Shown piece by piece: positions 15,041-25,301 of a stretch of 45,395 nt of DNA (position 1 is the stretch's first letter; every line of letters starts with the position of its first letter). The stretch lies in the NCBI GenBank assembly GCA_903870315.1, contig CAIQCJ010000032.1, positions 1 to 45,395 of the forward strand. The letters are read 5' to 3'. This stretch comes from an uncultured bacterium. Its GTDB lineage: Bacteria; Patescibacteriota; Minisyncoccia; Phycocordibacterales; PALSA-1337. The notes under the pieces are model-generated. The model ran no database searches and was not told where the DNA came from. It was given only the letters and a program-made list of their open reading frames with translations. A program made the position numbers and the translations under genes.

Positions 15041-18000
15041 ATGAGTTCACATAGTGAGCGCGAAGAAAAGATGCTGGCCTTCTGGAAAGAGAAGGGTATT
15101 TTTGAGAAAACACTGGAGAAACCTTCTCCTAAAGGCGAATTTACTTTCTATGATGGCCCGCCATTTGCTACGGGCACACCTCATTACGGGCACTTGCTGG
15201 CTGGTACCATGAAGGATGTCATTCCGCGCTGGAAAACCATGCAGGGATATCACGTGGCTCGCCGATGGGGCTGGGATTGTCATGGTTTGCCAGTTGAGAA
15301 TCTCATAGAAAAGGAGCTCGGACTTAAGTCCAAGAAAGATATTTTTGAATATGGCATTGATAAGTTCAATGACGCTGCTCGTGCCAGTGTCATGCGTTAT
15401 GCTGACGAATGGCGCAAAGTTGTTCCACGTTTGGGGCGTTTCGTCGATATGGAGGATGATTATCGTACGATGGATGCCTCGTATACCGAAAGTGTCTGGT
15501 GGATATTCAAGAATCTCTATGACAAAGGTCTGATCTATGAAGGTTTCAAATCCATGAATCTTTGTCCACGTTGTGAGACGACTTTGTCGAACTTTGAAGT
15601 GGCACAGGGTTACAAGGACATAACAGATATTTCTGTATATGTGAAGTTTAGGATACCTGACTGGTACAAAGTTTTCTGGTCAAATGGTGGAAATGACCCG
15701 AAAAGCCAAAATAGAAATGTACAAGGTGTAAATGGAGCGCAGATAGCCACTTATCTTATAGCTTGGACGACGACGCCGTGGACTTTACCAGGGAATGTGG
15801 CTTTGGCGGTAAATCCAGATATTGATTATGTCAGGGTTAATTTAAGCACAATAACCAAAGATGATTCGGATACTATTGGCTCAGTAAGCGAAACATACTT
15901 GATAGCGGAATCACGTCTTGCGGTCATCTTGAAAGATAAACAATATGAGATTATCGAGAAGATAAAAGGTTCAGATCTTGTCGGTCTTTCATATGAACCT
16001 ATTTTCGATTGTTATCACAACGACAAAACCTTGAAGGATCGTGGAAATGGTTGGAAGATATATGGTGCAGATTTCGTGACAATAGAAGATGGTACTGGTA
16101 TCGTCCACATCGCTCCAGCATTTGGGGCAGATGACTACAGTTTGCTCCTCAAATACAATTTGCCTTTAGTACAACACGTGGCTGTCGACGGTACATTCAA
16201 GAAAGAGTTTACATCTAGCCCAGAGACTTCAGTCTTTTCTGGTCTACATGTGAAGCCTAAGGATACATCTGAAGACAAAAATGCTCACCAAAGTACTGAT
16301 ATTGAAGTTATAAAATGGTTGGCTCATAGTGGAAAACTTTTTGATAAAGAAAAGATTATACACTCATACCCACATTGTTGGCGCTGTGAGACTCCTCTTA
16401 TTAACTACGCCTCTTCTTCTTGGTTTGTGAAAGTCACCGATATCAAGGATAAACTGGTGGCAGCCAATAAGAAGATAACTTGGGTTCCAGAAGAACTTGG
16501 CGAAGGTCGTTTTGGTAATTGGTTAGAAGGTGCGCGTGACTGGGCTATATCTCGCTCACGTTTCTGGGGAGCACCGATACCTGTATGGAGAGAAGAAGGT
16601 GCAAGTGGTACGCAAGGTCCAAGCAATTTACATGTCATAGGATCTATAGCAGACTTCAAGAAATATTCTCATACAAAGAATACTTATTACGTGATACGTC
16701 ATGGAGAATCCGAAGGTAATGTGAAAGGCATATTGAGCACAGATATGAAGATAGTTCACCATCTGACAGACAAGGGTAGGGAGCAAGCAGCATCTGCCAC
16801 GGAAAACCTTAAAGGTATAGAGTTTGATCATGTATTTGTATCTCCGTTTGCACGTACTCAGGAGACTTACGAAGTTTTGGCTTCGAAGTTAGGTTGGGAC
16901 AAGAGTAAAATGATAACAGACGATCGTATAAGAGAGCTTGGAGGTGGTATATGGAATGGACGACTTATATCTGATTTCTTGGCTGAGTTTGAACATTCTG
17001 ACAGGTTCGAGAATGCTCCAGAAGGTGGAGAGAATTATACCGATATAAAAAAGAGGATGGGCGATTTCTTGTATGACATAGAAAACAGATACCAAGGTGA
17101 GACTATACTTATAGTTACTCACGAGACGCCGGCTTGGTTATTGTTCTCTGCGGCTATTGGAGCCGATAAAGCCTCATCTTTGGCCATGCGTGTCAGCGAC
17201 AGGAAGACTGGTGGTGATTTCTTGAAAAATGCCGAAGTGAAGAAGTTGGATTTTGTGCCTATTCCTCACAATAAAAACTATGAACTCGATCTACATCGTC
17301 CTTTCATAGATGAAATAGGATTGCGCGTTGATAATGGCAATAAACTCACTCGTGTGTCTGATGTTTTCGATTGTTGGTTTGAATCAGGCTCTATGCCATG
17401 GAGCTCAAATCACTATCCTTTCGATGGGGATATTGCTTATCCAGCTGACTTCATTGCTGAAGGTCAAGATCAGACCCGTGGCTGGTTCTACACCATGTTG
17501 GTCCTAGGTGTAGGCTTGTTTGGTACATCTCCATACAAGAAAGTCTTGGCCAATGGTCTTGTCCTAGCAGAAGATGGTGAAAAGATGTCCAAATCCAAGA
17601 AGAATTATCCTGATCCGATGCTTATAATAGATAAATACAGTGCAGATGCATTGCGCTATTATTTACTTTCTTCACCAGTAGTACGTGCACAAGACCTGTG
17701 TTTTAGTGAGAAAGGTGTAGATGAAGTGACGAAGAAGATTATCAATCGTATTCTAAATGTAGTCTCTTTCTATGAGATGTATGCAGGCGAAGGTGTAAAT
17801 GGGAGTACGCAAGATGAAAGTAAAATTACGAGCGAATCATGTGTCCGAAGCAAGAATGTTCTGGATCTCTGGATTAAGGCACGTCTAAATGAGACAATTT
17901 CTCAAATCACCGGTAGCTTAGAATCAGGAGAACTTGATCGCGCCTCGAGACCATTTATGGATCTTATAGATGATCTATCAACTTGGTATCTGCGTCGATC

Positions 18001-18781
18001 CCGCGACCGCTTCAAAGGAGATGATGTCTCAGACAAGAGCTCAGCCTTGGCAACTACAAAGTTTGTCCTCATAGAGACAGCTAAACTCATGGCCCCATTT
18101 ATGCCTTTTTTGGCAGAGGATATATATATCAGAGTTGGTAGAAACATCACCAGCAATAATTCAAATGCAGATATACTAGAAAGTGTTCATCTAGATTCTT
18201 GGCCAAAAGCCACGAAAGTTAATCAGCATCTTATAGATGATATGAAGTTGGTACGTTCAGTCGCTTCACAAGGACTGGAGGCTCGTATGACGGCTAAGAT
18301 CAATGTCCGTCAGCCACTTCAGTCTCTGAAGGTTGAACTGATCCAAGAGAAGATGTGGTATAGATCAGAAAGACAACTTGGTCCAGAATTTACGTCTATC
18401 ATTGCGGATGAAGTCAATGTCAAAGAGGTTCTATCTTCCATAAAACTGGTAAGGACGACCAGTGCAGGATCTAACAAAGCGAATACCATAGTCAGTAGTG
18501 TTGAGCTCGATACTTCTATCACCATAACATTGAGAGAAGAAGGTATGGTTCGTGAACTCATACGTGCCATACAGGATCTAAGAAAGACCAAAGGCCTTAC
18601 TATAAATGACAAAGCTACTATTATCATTGAGACCGACAAGACTGGTCACGGATTTATCGAAAAGAATAAAGATGTGATATCTCGTGCGACGCTGTTGAAG
18701 ATGATTGAGTGGGGAAGTGTTGATAGTTCAATAGATATCCTGAAAATAGGTGAGATGTATATTAAGATTGATTTGAGATAA
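15041..18781 (+). CDS. ileS: Isoleucyl-tRNA synthetase, type 2 (eukaryote-like), with an internal histidine-phosphatase domain
   Basis: FYDGPPFATGTPHYGHLLAG (HIGH), WTTTPWTLPGN (editing domain), WAISRSRFWGAPIPVW, DLHRPFIDEI, DCWFESGSMP and KMSKSKKNYPDP (KMSKS). 1246 aa, about 200 aa longer than usual because of the insert at 16685-17260. Confidence 0.95.
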   Translation: MSSHSEREEKMLAFWKEKGIFEKTLEKPSPKGEFTFYDGPPFATGTPHYGHLLAGTMKDVIPRWKTMQGYHVARRWGWDCHGLPVENLIEKELGLKSKKDIFEYGIDKFNDAARASVMRYADEWRKVVPRLGRFVDMEDDYRTMDASYTESVWWIFKNLYDKGLIYEGFKSMNLCPRCETTLSNFEVAQGYKDITDISVYVKFRIPDWYKVFWSNGGNDPKSQNRNVQGVNGAQIATYLIAWTTTPWTLPGNVALAVNPDIDYVRVNLSTITKDDSDTIGSVSETYLIAESRLAVILKDKQYEIIEKIKGSDLVGLSYEPIFDCYHNDKTLKDRGNGWKIYGADFVTIEDGTGIVHIAPAFGADDYSLLLKYNLPLVQHVAVDGTFKKEFTSSPETSVFSGLHVKPKDTSEDKNAHQSTDIEVIKWLAHSGKLFDKEKIIHSYPHCWRCETPLINYASSSWFVKVTDIKDKLVAANKKITWVPEELGEGRFGNWLEGARDWAISRSRFWGAPIPVWREEGASGTQGPSNLHVIGSIADFKKYSHTKNTYYVIRHGESEGNVKGILSTDMKIVHHLTDKGREQAASATENLKGIEFDHVFVSPFARTQETYEVLASKLGWDKSKMITDDRIRELGGGIWNGRLISDFLAEFEHSDRFENAPEGGENYTDIKKRMGDFLYDIENRYQGETILIVTHETPAWLLFSAAIGADKASSLAMRVSDRKTGGDFLKNAEVKKLDFVPIPHNKNYELDLHRPFIDEIGLRVDNGNKLTRVSDVFDCWFESGSMPWSSNHYPFDGDIAYPADFIAEGQDQTRGWFYTMLVLGVGLFGTSPYKKVLANGLVLAEDGEKMSKSKKNYPDPMLIIDKYSADALRYYLLSSPVVRAQDLCFSEKGVDEVTKKIINRILNVVSFYEMYAGEGVNGSTQDESKITSESCVRSKNVLDLWIKARLNETISQITGSLESGELDRASRPFMDLIDDLSTWYLRRSRDRFKGDDVSDKSSALATTKFVLIETAKLMAPFMPFLAEDIYIRVGRNITSNNSNADILESVHLDSWPKATKVNQHLIDDMKLVRSVASQGLEARMTAKINVRQPLQSLKVELIQEKMWYRSERQLGPEFTSIIADEVNVKEVLSSIKLVRTTSAGSNKANTIVSSVELDTSITITLREEGMVRELIRAIQDLRKTKGLTINDKATIIIETDKTGHGFIEKNKDVISRATLLKMIEWGSVDSSIDILKIGEMYIKIDLR
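16685..17260 (+). other. Histidine phosphatase (phosphoglycerate-mutase-like) domain inserted in IleRS
   Basis: YYVIRHGESEGN matches the PGAM-family phosphohistidine signature (h-x-R-H-G-E-x-x-x-N). It is followed by FVSPFARTQET (second Arg), RELGGGIWNG (acid Glu) and LIVTHETPAW (second His). It lies between IleRS motifs PIPVW (W516) and DLHRP (D750). Confidence 0.75.
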
Positions 18782-18792
18782 TCTTTTGTAAA

Positions 18793-19437
18793 ATGCATGC
18801 CATATACACTACGCCAGGATTTATCATTGGCTCTGGTCAATACGGAGAAGCTGGTAAGTTGATATCTATTTTTACCAGAGATCTTGGCCTGGTAAAGGTT
18901 GTTGCTCAAGGTATTCGCTTCGAAAAATCAAAATTACGCTACCACACCAAGGACTATTCTTTTGGGATTTTCTCTTTGGTGCGTGGAAAAGAAGTCTGGC
19001 GTCTTACTAGCGCGCAAGCATTGCTGGCATCATCATTATCCACACCTATTTCATCACAAAATATCTTTGTAACTAATAACGAAGCTTTCTGGGCGCGGAT
19101 AGCACTACTTCTACGCAGATTTTTGCAAGGTGAAGAAGCAAACGAAAAACTCTTCGAGACTATTTCAGCTTGTAATATTTTTTTGGTCTCTTTTGGTCAA
19201 ACTGGAGATGTCGACGGTCTTAGCTCAGTTCCGGATAATGATTCTCATATGGAAATAGTAGAATCACTACTTGTTATACGTATAATGCATACCCTCGGTT
19301 ATATAGGCGATGACAAGGATATACACGCAGTTATATATTCCAATGATTTTACACATGGAATTATCGAATCTGCTTCACGTAAGAAACACCTGATAAACCA
19401 ACATATCAACAAGGCGCTGAAGGAATCACACCTTTGA
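18793..19437 (+). CDS. recO: DNA repair protein RecO (short form, no zinc finger seen)
   Basis: N-terminal OB-fold pattern GFIIGSGQYGEAGKLISIFTRDLGLVKVVAQGIRFEKSKLR resembles RecO (v...dygE.dki..lfT...G...v.a+Ga+k.kS+). recO-glyQS neighbourhood, as in Firmicutes. Confidence 0.6.
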   Translation: MHAIYTTPGFIIGSGQYGEAGKLISIFTRDLGLVKVVAQGIRFEKSKLRYHTKDYSFGIFSLVRGKEVWRLTSAQALLASSLSTPISSQNIFVTNNEAFWARIALLLRRFLQGEEANEKLFETISACNIFLVSFGQTGDVDGLSSVPDNDSHMEIVESLLVIRIMHTLGYIGDDKDIHAVIYSNDFTHGIIESASRKKHLINQHINKALKESHL

Positions 19438-19480
19438 GGCATTTCCGCTATTGTTGTTTTCATAGTAAAATGATTGGCAA

Positions 19481-21418
19481 ATGCCTCCAGAAGAGAAAAG
19501 CAAAATAGAAGACTTGAAGAAAGCGCTTTATTCTAGGTCGGCGCCAGATATCAAGACTCGTCGCAAGTTACGCTTCCACGATGATATCTCTACTGTACAG
19601 AAGTCTTGGCAGCGAGCTCCAGAAGTTAATGTTCAAGAGGATTTAAATAATAGATACGAAGATCATTCTATGTCTTTTTTCACTAAACTACTTATAGGCT
19701 CGATTGTCTTTTGCTTGATAGCCGTTAGTGCTGGAGCCTATCTCTTTTTCAATGGTAAAAATCTTGTCTCAGCCAACAATATAGATGTCGCCATAACTGG
19801 CCCCGTCTCCATACCTGGAGGTGAGCCTGTGTCTTTCGATGTTGGTATTACGAACAACAACAGTATAGATTTGCAGTTGGTAGACATGTCTGTATCTTTC
19901 CCGGCCGGTACAACAGATCCTAGCAATCCCTCTCAGGAATTGAAGAAATACGTGAACATGATAGGTGATATGACTTCTGGTAAGTCTGTCCACGAGACTG
20001 TGAAAGCAATCATGTTTGGTGAAGAAAATACTCAAAAACAAGTCACCGTTTCTTTGACTTATAGTATCAAGGGTTCCTCGGCCGTTTTCACCAAAGACAA
20101 GACTTATCAGGTTTTGATCAACTCATCACCAATCATTGTCGATGTATCTTCGTACAAAGAAGTTACATCTGGCCAAGAATTTGACCTGAAAGTGAATATC
20201 AAATCAAACTCTGGACAGACATTGAAGAATATATTACTCAATGCGAGCTACCCTTTTGGCTTTGTGTTCATGTCGTCAAACCTAAAGCCGACTTCTGTCG
20301 ACAATACGGTCTGGAGGATAGGAGACATACCACCGGGTAGTCAGGATAGTGTGACTATCCATGGAAAGTTACAGGGCGAGAACAGTGATGTGAGGTCGTT
20401 TAGATTCCTAGTTGGAGCCCAGAGTTCTACGAATCTGAATCAGATCGGCACTCAATATATGTCAATCCAACAAGATATTTCAATCCAAAAGCCTTTCATA
20501 TCTCTAGGTTTGACTATCAACAACAATCCAGACTCAACTGACTTTGTCGGTGGATACAATTCTCCACACCAGATATCGGTTTCGTGGTTCAACAATCTAA
20601 CCGTCCCAGTTACCAACGCCGTTATAACGATCCATCTTTCCGGCAATGCTTATGACAAAGCCTCCATATCTCCAGGTGAAGGATATTACCGTTCGACTAC
20701 CGATGATGTGGTTTGGAATCCACAGACTACACCGGCTCTAGCTTCGATCGCTGCTGGAGATACTGGTAGTGTTTTGTTCTCTATAATTCCTAGAGACCTC
20801 GGTAACAGTTCAGACCCCTTAGTAAATCCAGATCTTACTTTAACAGCAAGTGTATCAGGGGATAGGGTACAAGAATCACAAGTACCAGATTCTCTTACAG
20901 CCATTGCTACTAGAAGTATACGCATACCATCACCAGTATCTCTGTCTGGTCGTATCATAAGATCTTTTGGACCATTCCTAAATATAGGACCGGTACCCCC
21001 ACAAGCTGAACAGCAGACTACTTATACTGTTGTCTGGACCGTTGATAATGTCTCCAACAACATAAGTAACGCTAAAGTCACAGCTAGTCTTCCGGCCTAT
21101 GTGAGGTGGTCAGGAAATGTTAGCCCAAATACCGAGTCAGTATCTTTCGATAATAATTCTGGAACGGTATCTTGGAATATTGGTAGTATGAACTCACGAT
21201 CTAATAATTCTTCCGGACGTAGATCGGTCGCATTTCAGATATCTATGTTGCCTGGAACAGACCTAATCGGATCTTCACCGAGTCTTGTAGGTGCAGCTAC
21301 ATTTACCGCAACAGATAACTATACTAACTCCCAGTTGCAGAGCAACCAAGATCCACTTCTAACCAGTTTCAGTACAGATCCAGCTTTCAAGCTCAATGAC
21401 GGCATTATTGTGAAGTAA
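19481..21418 (+). CDS. Membrane-anchored extracellular protein with repeated Ig-like/CARDB-like beta modules
   Basis: Charged N-terminus and a single TM (FFTKLLIGSIVFCLIAVSAGAYLFF). About 550 aa of Ser/Thr/Asn/Val-rich beta-type sequence follows, with recurring P.G....V.F.I.N.G motifs. No enzymatic motif. Confidence 0.55.
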   Translation: MPPEEKSKIEDLKKALYSRSAPDIKTRRKLRFHDDISTVQKSWQRAPEVNVQEDLNNRYEDHSMSFFTKLLIGSIVFCLIAVSAGAYLFFNGKNLVSANNIDVAITGPVSIPGGEPVSFDVGITNNNSIDLQLVDMSVSFPAGTTDPSNPSQELKKYVNMIGDMTSGKSVHETVKAIMFGEENTQKQVTVSLTYSIKGSSAVFTKDKTYQVLINSSPIIVDVSSYKEVTSGQEFDLKVNIKSNSGQTLKNILLNASYPFGFVFMSSNLKPTSVDNTVWRIGDIPPGSQDSVTIHGKLQGENSDVRSFRFLVGAQSSTNLNQIGTQYMSIQQDISIQKPFISLGLTINNNPDSTDFVGGYNSPHQISVSWFNNLTVPVTNAVITIHLSGNAYDKASISPGEGYYRSTTDDVVWNPQTTPALASIAAGDTGSVLFSIIPRDLGNSSDPLVNPDLTLTASVSGDRVQESQVPDSLTAIATRSIRIPSPVSLSGRIIRSFGPFLNIGPVPPQAEQQTTYTVVWTVDNVSNNISNAKVTASLPAYVRWSGNVSPNTESVSFDNNSGTVSWNIGSMNSRSNNSSGRRSVAFQISMLPGTDLIGSSPSLVGAATFTATDNYTNSQLQSNQDPLLTSFSTDPAFKLNDGIIVK

Positions 21419-21442
21419 GCGTCTTTGATATACAATTCCACC

Positions 21443-22870
21443 ATGTCAAAAAATCAAGAAAAAAATGATTCACAGAGTGACGTCATGGATTCTATAGTGT
21501 CTCTTTGTAAAAGACGTGGTTTTATATTTCAAGGCTCTGAGATATATGGCGGACTCGCCGGTACATGGGACTATGCTCCTCTTGGAGTTGCCCTGAAAAA
21601 TAACATCAAGAAGATTTGGTGGAAGCGTTTTATAGATGATCGAGATGATATGTATGGTGTAGATGCAGCTATTCTCATGAATCAACGTACGTGGGAGGCT
21701 AGTGGTCACGTAGGTGGTTTCGCTGACCCATTGGTTGAATGCAAAAAATGCCAACATCGTTTTCGTGCTGATCAATTGATTGGTGAAGATGGTAAGCCGT
21801 CTAGTGTAGACGCACCAGTTAAAAAGTGTCCAGATTGTGGAGGTTCTCTTGGAGAAATTCGCCAATTCAATATGATGTTCAAAACACATATAGGTGCAGC
21901 CGAAGACGCATCAGCGGTTTCATATCTACGCCCAGAAACAGCTCAGGGTATGTTTGTGAATTTCAAAAATATCCTAGACACTTTCCACCCGACTTTGCCT
22001 TTTGGTATGGCGCAGATAGGGAAGGCTTTCAGAAATGAGATCGCGCCTCGTGACTTCCTCTTCCGTGCGCGCGAATTCGAGCAGATGGAGATCGAGTATT
22101 TCGTGAAGGCGCCCAAAGACACGAAAGATGACGGAAAATCTGAGGATGCAGCTGATGGTTGGCAAAAGGTTTTCGATGATTTTCGCCAGCAGATCCACGG
22201 TTTCATCGCCGATATCGGTTTGACCGCTTCGAAAGTCCACGAGTTGGAAGTTCCGGATGGTGAACGCGCGCATTACTCCAAGCGCACTATAGATTTCGAG
22301 TTTGATTTTCCATTTGGCAAAAAAGAGCTTTATGGTTTGGCCTATCGTACGGATTTTGACTTGAAGCAGCATGCTGAGTTTAGTAAAGTCGATCTTTCTT
22401 ATTATGATGAAGAGACCAAAGAGCGTTACGTGCCACATTGCATAGAGCCGTCATTCGGCCTCGACAGAACGGTTTTGGCTGTTTTGGCTGATGCCTACAC
22501 TGAAGATGCGATGAGTGATGAGAAGCGGGTATTTTTGAAACTAGCCCCAGCTGTAGCGCCTTATAAAGTCGCAGTTTTTCCGCTCTTGAAAAATAAACCG
22601 CTGCTGGTAGCAAAGGCTCGCGAAGTTTTTGCTACTCTGAAAGCTGAATTTGCAGAGGTCGGAATCCAAGGCGTCGCCTTTGATGATAACGGCAATATCG
22701 GCAAGCGCTATCGCAGACAAGATGAAGTTGGTACGCCATTTTGTGTAACTGTAGATTTCGATACTATCGAGAAAAGCGCCGGTGTCACCGTGCGCGATCG
22801 TGACTCAGGAAGACAGGAGCGAGTCGCTGAAGGGGAGTTGGTTGGATATTTATTGGGGAAAGTGAAATGA
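21443..22870 (+). CDS. glyQS: Glycyl-tRNA synthetase (class II, homodimeric GlyQS type)
   Basis: IVSLCKRRGFIFQGSEIYGGLAGTWDYAPLGVALKNNIK, YLRPETAQGMFVNF, GKAFRNEIAPRDFLFRAREFEQMEIEYF and IEPSFGLDRT. The track start is TTG 21425; I prefer ATG 21443. Confidence 0.9.
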   Translation: MSKNQEKNDSQSDVMDSIVSLCKRRGFIFQGSEIYGGLAGTWDYAPLGVALKNNIKKIWWKRFIDDRDDMYGVDAAILMNQRTWEASGHVGGFADPLVECKKCQHRFRADQLIGEDGKPSSVDAPVKKCPDCGGSLGEIRQFNMMFKTHIGAAEDASAVSYLRPETAQGMFVNFKNILDTFHPTLPFGMAQIGKAFRNEIAPRDFLFRAREFEQMEIEYFVKAPKDTKDDGKSEDAADGWQKVFDDFRQQIHGFIADIGLTASKVHELEVPDGERAHYSKRTIDFEFDFPFGKKELYGLAYRTDFDLKQHAEFSKVDLSYYDEETKERYVPHCIEPSFGLDRTVLAVLADAYTEDAMSDEKRVFLKLAPAVAPYKVAVFPLLKNKPLLVAKAREVFATLKAEFAEVGIQGVAFDDNGNIGKRYRRQDEVGTPFCVTVDFDTIEKSAGVTVRDRDSGRQERVAEGELVGYLLGKVK

Positions 22871-22903
22871 TAGTTGAGAAAATATAACCACCTAAAGACT
22901 TTT

Positions 22904-24175
22904 ATGACCTTCAAAACCACCACATTACCAAATGGCTTACGCATCATAACAGTACCTATGCAAGACAATCCGTCGGTTACGGCACTCGTCATGGTCCGTA
23001 CAGGTTCGAAATATGAGACGAAAGACATAAACGGTCTGTCGCATTTTCTGGAACATATGTGTTTCAAGGGAACAGAGAAGCGTCCGAAGGCTAGCGATAT
23101 TTCTCGTGAGCTGGATTCTATCGGTGCCAATTACAATGCTTTTACTAGTCAGGAATTCACTGGATATTACGCCAAGGCCGCTGCCAAAAATGCTAGCAAG
23201 ATTGTAGACATTATCTCTGACATGTATTTACACCCTATTTTTAATGCGGAAGAACTTGAGAAAGAGAAAGGTGTAATTATCGAAGAGATCCGTATGTACA
23301 ATGATCTACCACAGCGCAAAGTTGGTGATGTCTTTATGAATCTTCTGTATGGCGATCAACCTGCTGGTTGGGATATAGCCGGACCAGAAGAAACTATCCG
23401 GACTTTGAATAGAGAAAAAATGATCGCTTATCGCTCAGTTCACTACACAACTCCAGCAACAACAGTTATCGTTTCAGGTTCATTTGATGAAAAAGAGATG
23501 CTAAGCCAGATCACCAAGGCTTTTGAGAAGGCTAGTACTAAGACTTCGGCCGGAAAGCTGCCAGTCAAAGAATCACAAACCGCACCGGCTATCGCTACAT
23601 CTTTCAAGGAAACTGATCAGACACACTTGATCATCGGCTTCAGGTCATTCCCGATAACAGATAAGAGAATGCCTATCATACAGGTGCTTGTTTCGATACT
23701 TGGCGGCGGCATGAGCTCTAGGCTTTTCTCCAAGATGCGTGATCAGCTTGGCATTTGCTATTACATAAAAACAGACAATGATTCTTTCACTGATCACGGC
23801 TTTCTCTCCATCTCGGCTGGTGTAGATAACACCCGCGTTGAAGAGGGTATCAAAGGTATTCTCGAAGAATGTCGTCGCATAAAAAATGAGCCAGTCGGTG
23901 CCGAGGAACTCCAAAAATCCAAAGACTATATTTCTGGTACTACGTTGCTTGGTCTTGAAACGTCTGATGCACGCGCCGAATTTTGCGGCTATCAAGATGC
24001 TCTCAAGGGTTCAGTGCAGACCCCTGATGAGCTTATGGCTAAAATACGTGAGGTGACCGCGGATGATATTACAAAATTGGCAAAAGAAATCTTTGTAGAC
24101 GAAGGCCTCAACATGGCCATCGTCGGAAGATACAAAGACTCGGAAACATTCAAAAAATATTTTACGGTGCTATAA
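22904..24175 (+). CDS. M16-family (pitrilysin/insulinase-like) zinc peptidase
   Basis: HFLEHMCFKGT is the inverted HxxEH zinc motif. TLPNGLRIITV at the N-terminus and downstream EEIRMYND fit the family. The track start is 22874; ATG 22904 is preferred. Confidence 0.85.
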   Translation: MTFKTTTLPNGLRIITVPMQDNPSVTALVMVRTGSKYETKDINGLSHFLEHMCFKGTEKRPKASDISRELDSIGANYNAFTSQEFTGYYAKAAAKNASKIVDIISDMYLHPIFNAEELEKEKGVIIEEIRMYNDLPQRKVGDVFMNLLYGDQPAGWDIAGPEETIRTLNREKMIAYRSVHYTTPATTVIVSGSFDEKEMLSQITKAFEKASTKTSAGKLPVKESQTAPAIATSFKETDQTHLIIGFRSFPITDKRMPIIQVLVSILGGGMSSRLFSKMRDQLGICYYIKTDNDSFTDHGFLSISAGVDNTRVEEGIKGILEECRRIKNEPVGAEELQKSKDYISGTTLLGLETSDARAEFCGYQDALKGSVQTPDELMAKIREVTADDITKLAKEIFVDEGLNMAIVGRYKDSETFKKYFTVL

Positions 24176-24182
24176 TGGGCTT

Positions 24183-25262
24183 ATGGCTGAGACACCCAAA
24201 GATTTCCACATAAACATAAGCAGCGGCACTATATTGCGCTTCTTCTTGATACTTATAGGCCTAGCGGCGCTTTATTATCTTTCAGACGTGCTTTTGATAG
24301 TGGTGGCGGCTGTTATCATAGCTTCTGCAGTTGAACCAGCTGTGAGGCGTTTGAAGCGCTATGGTATCCATAGGATAGTTGGGGCCATCATTGTCTACGT
24401 CACTTTGGCCGCTTCTCTAATTACAATACTTGTATTCTTCATGCCAGTAGTTATAAACGATGTGACGGCTTTCTTGGCTGCTGCACCCAAGTCTATATCA
24501 CTTGGTGAATTATGGGCACCGATCAGGGATTTTGGTACAGGAGCCGGATCATTGGCGGCTCATACAATATCCGTTCAAGATTTCGTAAATGGTTTGAGAT
24601 CTTTCTTTGGTGGTGGCACAGGAGTCGGAGTATTTCAGACAGCCAGCTTGGTTTTCGGTGGGTTCCTGAGTTTCGTACTTATCGCAGTACTCTCTTTCTA
24701 TCTATCTGTAAAAGAAGAGGGAGTAGACGACTTCTTGAGTCTTGTCACTCCTATACATCATCAAGAATACATAATAAACCTTTGGCACAGGTCACAACGT
24801 AAGATTGCTTTCTGGTTGCAAGGCCAGATCATATTGGGTATCGTCGTTGGTCTGCTTGTTTATCTAGTTTTGGCAATACTTGGTATACCACACGCTTTGG
24901 TCTTGGCATTATTCGCTGGTATCTTTGAAATCATACCAGTCTTTGGTCCGATCATATCTTCTATACCAGCTATACTCGTCGCCTTTACCGACGTTGGAGT
25001 TGGCACCGGTTTCTTGTTGATGGGTCTTTACGTACTTATATACCAATTCGAAAGTCAGTTATTCTATCCTTTGGTAGTGAAGAAGATAGTTGGCATATCT
25101 CCAATCATTGTTATCCTAGCGTTGGTGATAGGGGCCAAACTGGCCGGAATTCTTGGGGCCATACTAGCTGTTCCATTGTCAGCAGCACTTATGGAATACA
25201 TAAGCGATATAGAAAAGAGGAAGAAAGACGCGCACGACAGTGCTAAAGCTAGTGCTTCATGA
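24183..25262 (+). CDS. AI-2E family transporter (PerM/UPF0118)
   Basis: Multi-TM protein with C-terminal QFESQLFYPLVVKKIVGISPIIVILALVIGAKLAGILGAILAVPL, typical of the family. Confidence 0.85.
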   Translation: MAETPKDFHINISSGTILRFFLILIGLAALYYLSDVLLIVVAAVIIASAVEPAVRRLKRYGIHRIVGAIIVYVTLAASLITILVFFMPVVINDVTAFLAAAPKSISLGELWAPIRDFGTGAGSLAAHTISVQDFVNGLRSFFGGGTGVGVFQTASLVFGGFLSFVLIAVLSFYLSVKEEGVDDFLSLVTPIHHQEYIINLWHRSQRKIAFWLQGQIILGIVVGLLVYLVLAILGIPHALVLALFAGIFEIIPVFGPIISSIPAILVAFTDVGVGTGFLLMGLYVLIYQFESQLFYPLVVKKIVGISPIIVILALVIGAKLAGILGAILAVPLSAALMEYISDIEKRKKDAHDSAKASAS

Positions 25263-25301
25263 TTTCATTTACCATTATCATAAGATAAGTCTGCAATAAG
25301 C

